DNA from: an uncultured delta proteobacterium
Lineage (GTDB): Bacteria > Myxococcota > Kuafuiibacteriia > Kuafuiibacteriales > Kuafuiibacteriaceae
Direction of reading: 5' to 3'
Assembly: GCA_963803435.1 (NCBI GenBank)
Contig: CAWDML010000001.1
Location: 960,001-1,024,000 of the forward strand
Length of the DNA: 64,000 nucleotides
Shown: piece after piece, positions 1 through 10,076 of the stretch
How the letters are laid out: each line of letters starts with the position of its first letter
Numbering within the stretch: position 1 is the stretch's first letter
Notes under the pieces: generated by a model
What the model was told of the DNA's origin: nothing
The model's input: only the letters and a program-made list of their open reading frames with translations
Database searches by the model: none
Translations under genes and position numbers: made by a program

Positions 1-5
1 AGGCG

Positions 6-1536
6 ATGCAGGCGCTGGCGCTGGCGCAAGCCGCGGCGGCGGGCGCGATGGCGTCCCAGTCCGGAGCCGCCCGCTCGTTCCTGCCTCGGCGCATCGCTCA
101 GCCGGAGCTCGCCGCGGACGAGCTGATCGATCGCGTGCTCCGCGGGAGCAACGGAGCGCACCGATCGGGTGATCGACGCGAGCGCTTCGACGTTCGCCGA
201 GATCGCGATCATCGCTCGCGGGATCGCCTGGCTCACGAAGCCGCCTACCTGAAGAACAAGGTCGATCACGAGCAGCATGCGACCGGCACCGCCGAGGTTG
301 CGGAAGGCCTCAGGGCCGCGAGCCGGACGCCGATCCGGATCCCCGCCGCCAGAACGCCCCCTCGGGTCGTGAATGGGCCCAAGCTCCTGACCCGCGCACC
401 GGTGGGCGAGGAGGTGGCGGCAGCCGGCAGAGAGGTGGCGGTGATCGGTCGCGAAGGCGCCGTGGTCGCCCGGAGCAGTGCCGCCGCCGCAGAAGGGGCC
501 AGCGCGCTCTCCAAGGCCGGCAGCGGCCTCGCTCGCGCGGCCGGTCCGATCGCGGTCGTCGCGAACGCCTACGACATCGGGACCTCGCTGGCCGCGGACA
601 ACGACCGCGGCGACGGCAAGTACACCGAGACCAAGAAGGCGGTCGGCCGAACCGCCGGAGGCTGGGTGGGAGCCTTCGCCGGTGCCAAGGCGGGAGGGGC
701 AACGCTCGGCATCGCCGGCGCCGCCGTCGGAGGTCCGGTCGGCGCGGCCATCGGCGGTGCGGTCGGCGTGATCGGCGGCGGCATCGCCGGTGCGCTGGGC
801 GGCTCCCAGATCGGCGAGTGGTTCATGAGCGAAGACGAGCATCCTCCCGAGGGGAGAGGCGGCGAGGTGACGCTCGAGGATCCGAAGGCGACGGCCGAGG
901 AGATCGAGTCTCATCTCACGCGAGGGATCACGGACTGGGCCGTCACCGACAACGATGCTCGCAAGGCGGTCTCGCTGCTCTCGCACTACGACGACGACGA
1001 CCTGAAACGCCTCACCGAAGAGATGGATCCCGCGCTGCTCAATCGAATGGAGGATCAGCTTCCGGACGAGGACAAGCGGACGTACGCACGGACACTCGAT
1101 CGAATCTCGTCGGCGCGGAACTCGGTGCGCGAACGGCTCTCCGACGGAGAGGTCTCGAGCACGGTCTCCGGCCTGACCGACAAGCTCTCCTACGGGATCG
1201 CCGACTGGGCCGTGACCGACGGCAACGCGCGCGACGTGGTGAACGAGCTGTCCAAGTACGGCGATCGAGAATCTCCGACGGCTGCTCGGCGGCATGGGCC
1301 AGGAGTATGTGGATCGGCTCCTCGCGAACGTCAGCGACGAGGACCAGAAGGCCTACTCGCGAACGTTGGCGCGGAATCCACGAGCTCCGTCCCTCGTGAA
1401 CGCGACGGTGGTCCAGGATCGTCCGGAAGCGCGGCGGCTTCGACCCTTCGTCCTCCGCGACGCTGGTCGGGAGCTCCTCCCGCGGGCTTGCCGTGCCCGA
1501 GCCCTCCTAGCCGGCGAGATCGATCGGTCCGGCTGA
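6..1536 (+). CDS. Hypothetical protein with glycine-zipper hydrophobic hairpin and two DWAVTD helical repeats; +1 frameshift near 1266 (likely assembly error); start and end uncertain
   Basis: GGWVGAFAGAKAGG...GGIAGALGG segment. Repeat 1 is GITDWAVTDNDARKAV...EDKRTYARTL. Repeat 2, GIADWAVTDGNARDVV, continues in the 1294..1536 frame (EDQKAYSRTL) if one C is removed from gatcgagaat. Confidence 0.65.
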
Positions 1537-1639
1537 GGTCGTGGGATCAGTGCGCCTCGGATTTGGCCCCAGGCGGACCAGCGTTCCGGGAGCGGAGTGT
1601 GACGATTTGGGGTGCCCACGCACCAGCGAAAGGTGGGCA

Positions 1640-1647
1640 TCCGATAA
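1640..1647 (+). promoter_or_regulatory. Candidate sigma28 (FliA/WhiG)-type -10 element TCCGATAA
   Basis: 7/8 match to GCCGATAA, 9 nt before GTG 1657; no clear -35. Confidence 0.35.
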
Positions 1648-1656
1648 GGGTGGACC

Positions 1657-2103
1657 GTGGGTGGGCAGGCTCGATTCTGTGGCGGCTTCAACCTGCCGCT
1701 CGTCCGCGCCTTCGAGCGCCAGCTCGAGCAGTTGTTCCGAGAACACGGTGACAAACCGGCCTTTCGTCGGGTGGGCGGGAACTTCGTGGTCTCCATCCCC
1801 GGCGTTGCCGAGTGGACGGTCGCGACCTCGGGGCTGAACGCGGGCGTGTTCCGCGGTCTCCGTGAGGACGTCGAGATCGGCTGCCTGCTCGTCTTCAACG
1901 ACCTATCGGCGTTCAACGCGATGGTGCGGTCGACCGAGGCGGTGCGGGATGCGTTCGTGCGAGGCGGGCTCCAGGTTCATGGGGACCCAGCGCTGTTCGA
2001 GAGATACTTGTCCCTCGGAAGAGTGTCGCTCGACCTGCGGGCCGGCAGAGCGGTCGGTCCAGGCGAGAAGTCGAGAGTCAATCGGAGAAAAGCGCCGCCC
2101 TGA
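1657..2103 (+). CDS. SCP2 sterol-binding-like domain protein
   Basis: Pattern W-x-V...F-x-x-M...AFVRGGLQVHGDPALF is typical of the SCP2 C-terminus. Confidence 0.55.
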   Translation: MGGQARFCGGFNLPLVRAFERQLEQLFREHGDKPAFRRVGGNFVVSIPGVAEWTVATSGLNAGVFRGLREDVEIGCLLVFNDLSAFNAMVRSTEAVRDAFVRGGLQVHGDPALFERYLSLGRVSLDLRAGRAVGPGEKSRVNRRKAPP

Positions 2104-2142
2104 TCGCGGGTGTTGGGCGCGTGGATTCGCAAAGGACAGCAG

Positions 2143-3243
2143 ATGACCAACGTAACGACCATCATCAATCGCATCCTCCCGGCAGCGGGGCTCGAGCCCA
2201 AGCGGCCCGGAGTCACGGACGGCAACTTCAAGACCGCGATCGGAATCGTCGCCAGCCGCGCGGACCAGATCCTCGACACGCTCAGCGCGCGCAACCGCGA
2301 CGCGGACTGGCAGAACGATGGCGACGTGTTCTCGCTGGCGGGGCTCCACGAGCAGCTTGCCAAGAGCTCGGGGCGCGGCGACGCGGCGTTCATGGCCATT
2401 GCCAAGGCGGCCTCCGACGGCCGCGGCCAGTTCACCCGGGAGAGCTTCGAGAACGCGTTGGTCGTGGCCAGCAAGGCGATCGCGGCGCTGGTCCAGCAGG
2501 ACGGCCAGGCCAACCTGGGCGACGACCTGAAGAGCCTGCGCTCCCCGGCCGCCAAGAGCCTGCTCCGGCTGATGGCAGACTTCGTGGCAGATGCAACCCC
2601 GGGCGACGAGGCCCTGTTCACGCAGCTCCAGAGCATCGGCCGGATGGAAGCCGACTTTTATGGTGAGGGCGGCGTCGAGTCGGAGGCATTCCTGATCCCG
2701 GCCGGCCGCTTCTCGGCGCCCAAGCTCACCGAGCAGTCGCTCGAGGACGTTCTCGGCCTGGACATCGGCACGCTGAAGACGGGAACGGAGTTCGTGAACG
2801 GCGAGCTGGCGAGCGCCGCGTACGACGTGGTCTCGACGCTTCGCGACGACCAAGATCTCGCGAAGAGCATCCGCGACGACGGCCACGATCCGGCTGAGAT
2901 CTTCGCGCTCGTAGAGCGGGAGCTGGACAAGGCACCCGGCGTCACCCCGGCGGAGATCGCGCAGCACATCGTCGACGTTCTCGCCGCCAACAACCTGGAG
3001 GAAGGCCCGCGCCGGGTCATCCAGGACGCGATCGCAGCCATGCCGCCCTTCTCGTTCGAGTCGGTCTTCTACGGCCCGAACGACCCCGGACGGACGCTCG
3101 ACCAGGTGTTCCTCCCGGACCTCGCGGGCATGAGAGTCTTGGTCATGAACGCGGGAGACATCGGTGAGGTTCCGGCAGCCTTCCTGAAGCTGACCGCGGA
3201 CGGCGCGCTCGCGGGCGTCACCTCCGGGGTGGTCCACACCTGA
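2143..3243 (+). CDS. Hypothetical protein, no signal peptide
   Basis: Long ORF with strong GC3 codon bias; AAGGA RBS before ATG 2143. Confidence 0.75.
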   Translation: MTNVTTIINRILPAAGLEPKRPGVTDGNFKTAIGIVASRADQILDTLSARNRDADWQNDGDVFSLAGLHEQLAKSSGRGDAAFMAIAKAASDGRGQFTRESFENALVVASKAIAALVQQDGQANLGDDLKSLRSPAAKSLLRLMADFVADATPGDEALFTQLQSIGRMEADFYGEGGVESEAFLIPAGRFSAPKLTEQSLEDVLGLDIGTLKTGTEFVNGELASAAYDVVSTLRDDQDLAKSIRDDGHDPAEIFALVERELDKAPGVTPAEIAQHIVDVLAANNLEEGPRRVIQDAIAAMPPFSFESVFYGPNDPGRTLDQVFLPDLAGMRVLVMNAGDIGEVPAAFLKLTADGALAGVTSGVVHT

Positions 3244-3246
3244 GGT

Positions 3247-3801
3247 CTACTCGTACACGACGTCGCTCCTCAGCACGTACTTGATCCCGGCGGTGACCTC
3301 CGACGCGATGTGAACGACGCGATGCTGAAAGAGGAGCGCCCTGCCCCTCCTCGGCTCGACCGTAGCGCGCAGCTCGGGAAACTCGGTCTGGCCGCCCGTG
3401 AAGTCGTCGTTGAGATAGACCACGAAGGTCAGCAGCGTCCGCCGTCCTCCCGGAAGCTCGACCTCGGTGTCCCAGTGCGCACCGTGTCGCTCCCCGGGCC
3501 GGTAGCGATAGATCCGCAGCCGGCGGTTGAGGCCGACCACACGCATGCCGCGAAGCACCGGAGGCACATCGCGCGCGATCTTCGCGAACAGCCGGCCGGC
3601 CTCCTCCTGGTCGTCCCACATGACGCGGGTGTTGTTCCGAACCTCGAGGTCGACGATCTCACCGTCGTGCCCGAACACCGTCCCGACCTCCGGCGTGCCT
3701 TGCTCGATGCGCCGCACGTAGTCGGCGCACTCGAAGGCATCGAGCACGCCGTCGATCGTCTGGTGCAAGGGTTGGGAGAGATCGAGAAACCCGGCGTACA
3801 T
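3247..3801 (-). CDS. 2OG-Fe(II) oxygenase, prolyl-4-hydroxylase-like
   Basis: RIYRYRPGERHGAHWD...VYLNDDFTGGQTEF...H...KYVLRSDV (HxD...H...R). Confidence 0.9.
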   Translation of the reverse strand: MYAGFLDLSQPLHQTIDGVLDAFECADYVRRIEQGTPEVGTVFGHDGEIVDLEVRNNTRVMWDDQEEAGRLFAKIARDVPPVLRGMRVVGLNRRLRIYRYRPGERHGAHWDTEVELPGGRRTLLTFVVYLNDDFTGGQTEFPELRATVEPRRGRALLFQHRVVHIASEVTAGIKYVLRSDVVYE

Positions 3802-3853
3802 GGCGCTCAATCCGTTCCTTGTTCGCAGATGCCTTCGACTTCCTCGATCTCTT

Positions 3854-4660
3854 TCAAGCCGCATCGAGCTGGCGGAAGCGCTTCACCATGAACCGTGTGA
3901 CGAGCCCGCTGAGCGTGGGGCTCGCGCGGGTGAGGAGCGAAAGGACGCGCGCCTCGCGGGTCACCAGGATGGTGCCGCGGTTCCGCTCGACGCCGCGCAG
4001 GATCTCAAGCGCGCAGCGATCCACCGACATCATCGGCCGGAGCAGCGCCAGCGCCTTCTCCTTGTCCTGTCCGCGGAGGATGCTCCTCGACCAGATACTG
4101 GTATCGATGCCGGACGGACAGACGACGCTCACCTTGACGCCGAGCGCAGCCCCCTCGGCGCGCAGGCCCAGGCTCAGCCCGACCACGGCATGCTTCGAGG
4201 TCGTGTACGGGAGCGCGATCGGGAACGGGAAGAGGCCGGCGATCGATGCGATGTTGACGATGTGGCCGAAGCCTTGCGCGATCATCCGGGGATACGCGGC
4301 GTGGATGCCGTTGATGACACCGAGCAGGTTCACGTCGAGGACGCGGCGCCAGTCGTCGAGGGAGAGGTGCTGTGCCTCGCCGCCGATCCCGATCCCGGCG
4401 TTGTTGAAGAGGAGATCGATGCGGCCCTCGCGCTCGGCGACGTCGCCGACGATCCGTTCGATGTCGGGCCCGCAGGTGACGTCGAGCCGGACGCTGGTGG
4501 CGCGGCCGCCGGTCGCCTCGATCCGCTGCGCCACCTCCGCGGCCGCATCCTCCTCGATGTCCGTGACCACGACACGGTCGCCTCGCCGTGCCAGCTCGAG
4601 GCAGAGCGCTCGGCCGATGCCGGAGCCGCCGCCGGTGACGATCGCGACCCGGTCGGTCAT
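3854..4660 (-). CDS. SDR family NAD(P)-dependent oxidoreductase
   Basis: TGGGSGIG, NNAGIG and YTTSK motifs. Confidence 0.95.
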   Translation of the reverse strand: MTDRVAIVTGGGSGIGRALCLELARRGDRVVVTDIEEDAAAEVAQRIEATGGRATSVRLDVTCGPDIERIVGDVAEREGRIDLLFNNAGIGIGGEAQHLSLDDWRRVLDVNLLGVINGIHAAYPRMIAQGFGHIVNIASIAGLFPFPIALPYTTSKHAVVGLSLGLRAEGAALGVKVSVVCPSGIDTSIWSRSILRGQDKEKALALLRPMMSVDRCALEILRGVERNRGTILVTREARVLSLLTRASPTLSGLVTRFMVKRFRQLDAA

Positions 4661-5874
4661 GACGGCGCCGCCGTTCGGAGCGTGTAGGGAGGGACGTCGG
4701 TCTCCCAGAGCGGAGGCCAGGTCACGAACCCTCCGGCGACCTCCTTGTAAAAGCAGCGGAAGCCGACACCACCGTCGTGAAAGAGCTGCTTGAAGTCGCC
4801 GGTCGCGCGCGCCTCCCGCATCTCATCGATCAGAGCCGCGTCCGCGGTGGGATCGAGCGCGCGCGGCGCGTCGTCGAAGATCTTGTTCAGCCGCATCTGA
4901 TCCTCGGGAAGACCGCCGGTGCGGAGCGCCTTGCCGGCGGGGGCAGGGTTCGGCATCGAGCCGCGGAAGGCGGGGCAGAGCGCCAGGGCCAGAGCCTTGC
5001 CGTTCGGCGCCAACGTACCGATCGCGGGGCCGGCGACCGCACCGAGGCCGACGCCGTCGCGCAGGCGGGCGATGTCGTTCTGGGTGCGGCCTTGCAACAG
5101 CTCGGTGGCGTACGCCGCGAGATCCGCCGCGTTGCCGGTGAGCTGCCGGCCCTGCGAGCGGGCAAACGCCGCCAGGGCTCCGGCGACGCCCTTCGGACCG
5201 TCGTGGACCGGTACACCCGAGACGATCATCGCGGCCTCACGCTCGGCGCGGATGCGGCCGAAGAGGTTGTTCGCGTAGAACTCGTCGATGCTGGAGAGCT
5301 TGAGGATCCGCTCTCCCTTCTTCTTCGGGTTCTCGATGCTCGCGACGGTGAAGAGCGGGCCGAACTCTCCGCGCGAGAGGACAAGGTTACCGAGGACGCG
5401 TCGCATGCGCTCGCGGAGCGGGACCGTGCCCTCCTGGAGCTCGAAGAAGCGCGACCAGAGAAAGTCTCTCAGGTCACTCTCGGTGAGGTAGTCCTTCCCC
5501 TTCGCGAACGACTTGAGGACATCGAGACGATCCCGATCGACCGTTCCATCGGGACGGACGATGCCGGAGTTGCTCGACGCGTGGTTCAGGCCGACATCGT
5601 CGAGGATCACGACGGGCGGGAAGAACTGCCCGCTGGTGGTCTTGCTCGCCAGCGCGTTCCCCGCCACCGCGAAGATCTGCGCCGCGAAGCCCGCCTTGAG
5701 ATCGGAGTTGATCCCGAGCTGCGCGACGCCGTCACGCGCGAGATCGTAGGTCACGATCTCCGTCTCCTTCGGGAGACCGAGTACGCTCTGCAGGTGCGCC
5801 TTCACCCAGTCGACCCGACCCGAATACCAAGGGCCGATCGGTCCGGCGCCTGACGACTTCTGGATGCCGTTCAT
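4657..5874 (-). CDS. Caleosin/peroxygenase-like domain protein with C-terminal extension
   Basis: Blocks occur in the same order as in plant caleosins: KAHL, NHASSNSGIVRPDG, YLTESDL, GEFGPLFTVA, IDEFYANNLF. Confidence 0.55.
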   Translation of the reverse strand: MNGIQKSSGAGPIGPWYSGRVDWVKAHLQSVLGLPKETEIVTYDLARDGVAQLGINSDLKAGFAAQIFAVAGNALASKTTSGQFFPPVVILDDVGLNHASSNSGIVRPDGTVDRDRLDVLKSFAKGKDYLTESDLRDFLWSRFFELQEGTVPLRERMRRVLGNLVLSRGEFGPLFTVASIENPKKKGERILKLSSIDEFYANNLFGRIRAEREAAMIVSGVPVHDGPKGVAGALAAFARSQGRQLTGNAADLAAYATELLQGRTQNDIARLRDGVGLGAVAGPAIGTLAPNGKALALALCPAFRGSMPNPAPAGKALRTGGLPEDQMRLNKIFDDAPRALDPTADAALIDEMREARATGDFKQLFHDGGVGFRCFYKEVAGGFVTWPPLWETDVPPYTLRTAAPS

Positions 5875-5887
5875 CTCCTGCTCCTCC

Positions 5888-6352
5888 TCACGCGACCGTG
5901 GCCGAGGCCAGGCACTCGCGATAGCGACGGTGCACCTCGGGCGTGATCCGCGAACCTTCCGTACAGAGCGTCAGCGAGGTCAGGACGCCGCCGTCCATCC
6001 GCATCGCGTGGAGCTGCACCACCTCGTAGCTCCCCACCGCGGGGAAGGAGAACTCGAGCAGCATCCCGCTGGCCCCATCCTCGAAGACCAGCTCCGACGT
6101 CGCGATCTTGCTCAGGCCTTCGATCGACTGCATCAGCTCATCGCAGACCGTGGACGCGACCTCGGCGAGGTTCTGCTGCTCACCCACCGTTCGCCGGTGC
6201 ACCACGAGGTTCGGCCGCACGGGCATCTGGCGCTGGAGGACGCGCGGTTCCTTCAGGTTGGGTACGTAGGGCGCGCGCCAGGTCGTCATCAGCTCTTCCT
6301 CGACGAACTCCGCGGGTGGCGTGAACTTCAGCACAGGCAGGGACTCTGGCAT
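5888..6352 (-). CDS. DcrB/DUF1795 (PsbP/EagR-like) family protein
   Basis: About 154 aa with RPNLVVHR, GMLLEFSF, VVQLHAMR and LTSLTLCT strands; GGAGGT RBS before ATG 6352. Confidence 0.6.
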   Translation of the reverse strand: MPESLPVLKFTPPAEFVEEELMTTWRAPYVPNLKEPRVLQRQMPVRPNLVVHRRTVGEQQNLAEVASTVCDELMQSIEGLSKIATSELVFEDGASGMLLEFSFPAVGSYEVVQLHAMRMDGGVLTSLTLCTEGSRITPEVHRRYRECLASATVA

Positions 6353-6371
6353 CTCGACCTCCGTACACTCA

Positions 6372-6379
6372 GTATCGGC
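6372..6379 (-). promoter_or_regulatory. Candidate sigma28-type -10 element GCCGATAC
   Basis: 7/8 match to GCCGATAA, about 20 nt upstream of ATG 6352. Confidence 0.4.
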
Positions 6380-6648
6380 GCTCCTTTGCGGCGAGGAGTC
6401 GGACGTTCGACGCCCGAGAGCGTCAGAAAAGAGCGAAGCCTCCGAGGGATCAGCGCTCGAAGCGGGCGAGGCGCCGACTGGAGACGAGGTTACATCCGGC
6501 CCGTCCGCGTGATCCCGATCCCGGAGCACGCGCCGTCTCCCAAGGCGCCCCGATGTCGGATCACGCCCCGAACATGGGTCCGGGAGCCCGACTCATTACG
6601 CGCGCGGCGTAAGGCACAGATCGACGCGCTCGACCGCTAATCTCTCGG

Positions 6649-7017
6649 ATGCACCCGATTCTCCAGACACGGGACAAGCCGGTGGCGCCGCTGGAGGTGC
6701 TGCTCCTCTTCCGCGACGTGATCCCCGAGCTACTCCTTCGCACGGACGGCCTTACCGGCCGCTTCGGTTTTCGCATCGGCGAGGCCGCCTGGATCGTCGA
6801 CTTCGACACTCGCCGCGTGCGTGATCCGCTGGGGCTCGCGCCGGAGGAGGCCGAGCTGGACGCTGTATTGGTGGCGAACGCTCGAGACTTCATGGCGCTG
6901 TTGCGGGACGAGTGCGATCCGGAGGTACTGGTACGCGAGCGACGGCTCGAGCTCGCGGGTGATCCAGCGATGTTCCGGTCCTTCGCCGGGCTGCTCTGCC
7001 AGGAGGAGGCTTCGTGA
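6649..7017 (+). CDS. SCP2-like domain protein
   Basis: AWIVDF...DAVLVANARDFMALL...RLELAGDPAMF. Confidence 0.55.
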   Translation: MHPILQTRDKPVAPLEVLLLFRDVIPELLLRTDGLTGRFGFRIGEAAWIVDFDTRRVRDPLGLAPEEAELDAVLVANARDFMALLRDECDPEVLVRERRLELAGDPAMFRSFAGLLCQEEAS

Positions 7018-7547
7018 CTCACGTCGGACGGAGGGAGTGGATTGGTCGAGCGCGGATCGACCTCGACGACGAGGAGCGGCCGAAGACCATCGACCTTCGC
7101 GAGACGAGCGCAGGCGAGCTCCCCGCGCTCCACGAGGTGGCTGCTCAGCTCGACCCGGACGGCGGTGTCCGCCTCGACCGCGAGGCGCTCGCGCTCTTCC
7201 TGAGAGGCAACCTGCAGACGAAGATGCCCGGCTCACCGGAACGGGAGCTGCGCCGGAAGGCGGCGGAGGAGCTCGGCGGACTGATGTTTCGGCTCGCGGA
7301 TCGTGGCGCAAACCTGTTCGCCAAGGTCAGCGGCTCACCGAGGTCCGTCCACGTGATGGCCTGCTGCATCCTCGGTCCGAGTCACGGGCTGCGCGCGGCG
7401 AACCAGGCGGCCCGGTCGCGGATATACGAACCTCGAGGCCGTGAGGAGCAGGACCTGCTGGGACGGATCATCCTGAGAGGGAACCGCATCCGGCAGGGCC
7501 TGCCCGCGCCAGAGCTCCTTCCGGAGCCGCGGGACCCCGGCCCGTGA
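7014..7547 (+). CDS. Hypothetical protein
   Basis: GTGA overlap with the upstream stop, GGAGG RBS, coding-like codon usage. Confidence 0.6.
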   Translation: MTHVGRREWIGRARIDLDDEERPKTIDLRETSAGELPALHEVAAQLDPDGGVRLDREALALFLRGNLQTKMPGSPERELRRKAAEELGGLMFRLADRGANLFAKVSGSPRSVHVMACCILGPSHGLRAANQAARSRIYEPRGREEQDLLGRIILRGNRIRQGLPAPELLPEPRDPGP

Positions 7548-7601
7548 GCCGCATCCTCCAATACGTGAGCAGAGTTTCATGCCAAAGAGAACGCGGTTAC
7601 C

Positions 7602-9950
7602 GTGCACGCGGTGCAGTCCTCGATTTCGAGCGAGATCCGCTGGCGAGTGGACCTCTACACCCGATGTTTCGAGCACTGTCGGACCGGACGATTCTCGCTG
7701 GCTCGCTTCCTCGCGCTCATCCCCGACCGGCTCCGCCTCGTGACCGGCCAGCGCGGGATCGGCGTCCGCATCCCCGTGACGATCGAGCCTGCCCTGTCCG
7801 ACCTCTGGGCGGACAGCTTCGGTGCGAGATCCGCAGCATTCGTGCGAACCCAGGACCCGAAGGAGCTGCGCCGGACGCTCCGGATCGCGCAGCTCGATCC
7901 TGAGCTCGACCCGCTCGCGCTTCTCGGCTGGTTGCGCGAGCGAGGCGATCCGATCCTCGCGAGCCTCGGCCATCTGTACCGGCGCGCGCTCTCGGAGGTT
8001 GGGCGCGGCGAGGGCGGAGAGGAGGCGGCGTACCTGGTTCACATGGTGGCGACGGAGCAGCTCGCGCGGGCGATCCCGTCCGGCGAGGTCTCCTCTCGGT
8101 TGCTCGCGTTCGCCCTGGTCCAGCTCGCGCAGGGCGTGTTGCTCGCGTCAGAAGAGACGGCATCGATCTCTGCGCGCCTCGGTTACCTCTTTCAGGCGAC
8201 GCTCACGCCGTTCGCGCTCGGCGCTGATGAGGAGCAGCTCGCTCGCCGACATCTCAACTGCTATCGAACCACCGCCGAGGCGGTGGAGCTGGCCCAGCGC
8301 GTGATCCAGGAGCCGGTCGAGATGATCCCGCTGAGGCGCGTGGTCGGAACGATCGCGCGGCGTCTCTCGCTCGATCCAGAGGTCGCTCCCGTGCTGCGTC
8401 GCGAGGTCCTGCTCGAGATGATCCGGGACGCTTCGATGCTGGCTCTGCTGCAACTACAGAGTCCGCTCCCAGTCCTCGCAGAGGTCTGCCGCTCTGAGCA
8501 GGCGCTCCTCCAGCACGTCCTCAACGAGCGGCGCCGAAAGATCCTCCTCGACGCGATCTCGGCGCGCGCCCCTGAGAGCCCCAAGGCGATCGCTGCCCTC
8601 ACCCGTCTACTCGCTGCCGTCGGAGCGGTGGAGGCCGGCGATCCGAGGCCGCTCGGTCTGCACGGCGGCCTCGACGCGCGCGCCGAGCTCGCCGCGGCCG
8701 GGGCGGTGGCGTTGGTGCTCGACGGGATGGTGGACCGCCTCAAGCGCGACGTGACGGCGCTGGTCCAGGAGGTACCGGAAGACGAGTGGCGGCAGGGCCG
8801 CGCGTACCGCATCGCGCTGGAGGAGGCGCCTCTCTATCGCCTCGCTGAGGGCAGACCGCAGGCGATGCTGCTTGCAGATCTCTCGGAGGCGCCCTCGGTG
8901 GCGGCGAGGGTCGCCGAGCTCGCCCATCGGCCCGATCTGGCCATCGAGCCTTCCCGAGCGGGTGCGGTCGTCCTTCGGGGCGACGTGGTCGCGGTGGTCG
9001 AGCTGGTGCTCCAGCTGCTCCGGATCGCGGGCGAGCAGCCGGTCGATCCGGGATCGCCGGCCCGGGACGTCCTCGGTGGCACGCCGCGGCGCCTCGACGA
9101 GGTCCGTGCGGAGAGCGCCGCCCTGGCCGAGCGGATCGCGACGGTGGACGCCGCGATCCGTAGGACGAGTGATCGCGAGTCCCTCGCGCTGCTCGTCGAC
9201 GGCAAGTCGATGCTGGAGAAGCAGCTCGGCTTGCTCCGCGAGATCGCCTCCGAGCTGGGAACGCCGAAGGTGAGCATCCCGATGGTCGTCGCGCTGGGCG
9301 AGTTGACGGAGCGCGACGCACATCACGCCATCGCGAGCGCCGACTGGATCGAAGCCGAGCGGGCCCTCGCGCTCGAGTCCGCGCGCGTCACCCGAGGCGA
9401 CGAGGTCGCGGCGCCTTTCCTCGCGAGCATCCGGGCGCGCGCCCGCCTTGATCTGCCCGCTGATCTGATCCAGGAGCTCGCGGAGGCGGCGGGCGAGCCG
9501 ACCCACGTGGCGTCGGTGGCCAGCAAGATGGCTCAGTGGCTGCGCGGCGAGATCGACAAGAGGGTCCTGTCGCCGAGCGCTCTCCTTGCCTGGACCGATC
9601 CATGCGCCGAGATCCACAACCGAGGCGCGGTGCTCACCGGGGCGGCGCTGAGAGCGTGGCGGCGCGCGAAATCGCCCGCACTTTGGTTCGCAGAGCGGTC
9701 CCTGGTCTCGAGCGAGCTTCCCGAAGAGATCGCGAGGCGGTGGGTGTTCGATCGCGATCCCGAACGTCTGCTCGTGGCGCGCCGCGCCGAAGATCGAACG
9801 GCGGTCGCGATCTTCCGCTACGTCGGTGAGGCGAGCTTGGGCGCCGGACCGTCGATCGATCTGTGGGAGCTGGTTCGCCTCGAGTCCCGTTTCGGCGAGG
9901 ACGTGATTCGGCTCGAGTCTCCTGGCGACACTCATCGCGAATGGTCCTGA
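7602..9950 (+). CDS. Large helical hypothetical protein
   Basis: 782-aa ORF rich in Ala, Leu, Glu and Arg, with a coiled-coil-like segment. Confidence 0.7.
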   Translation: MHAVQSSISSEIRWRVDLYTRCFEHCRTGRFSLARFLALIPDRLRLVTGQRGIGVRIPVTIEPALSDLWADSFGARSAAFVRTQDPKELRRTLRIAQLDPELDPLALLGWLRERGDPILASLGHLYRRALSEVGRGEGGEEAAYLVHMVATEQLARAIPSGEVSSRLLAFALVQLAQGVLLASEETASISARLGYLFQATLTPFALGADEEQLARRHLNCYRTTAEAVELAQRVIQEPVEMIPLRRVVGTIARRLSLDPEVAPVLRREVLLEMIRDASMLALLQLQSPLPVLAEVCRSEQALLQHVLNERRRKILLDAISARAPESPKAIAALTRLLAAVGAVEAGDPRPLGLHGGLDARAELAAAGAVALVLDGMVDRLKRDVTALVQEVPEDEWRQGRAYRIALEEAPLYRLAEGRPQAMLLADLSEAPSVAARVAELAHRPDLAIEPSRAGAVVLRGDVVAVVELVLQLLRIAGEQPVDPGSPARDVLGGTPRRLDEVRAESAALAERIATVDAAIRRTSDRESLALLVDGKSMLEKQLGLLREIASELGTPKVSIPMVVALGELTERDAHHAIASADWIEAERALALESARVTRGDEVAAPFLASIRARARLDLPADLIQELAEAAGEPTHVASVASKMAQWLRGEIDKRVLSPSALLAWTDPCAEIHNRGAVLTGAALRAWRRAKSPALWFAERSLVSSELPEEIARRWVFDRDPERLLVARRAEDRTAVAIFRYVGEASLGAGPSIDLWELVRLESRFGEDVIRLESPGDTHREWS

Positions 9951-10076
9951 GCGGGCGCGGGTCGGCCGCTTTGGCCCAGCGCCTGGACGTACCGAGCCAG
10001 TCGTGCTGCTGGTCACTCGCGCTCTTTGCCCCTACCACATTTGGCGCTTCCACTATCTTTGCTACGATTTTTGGCG

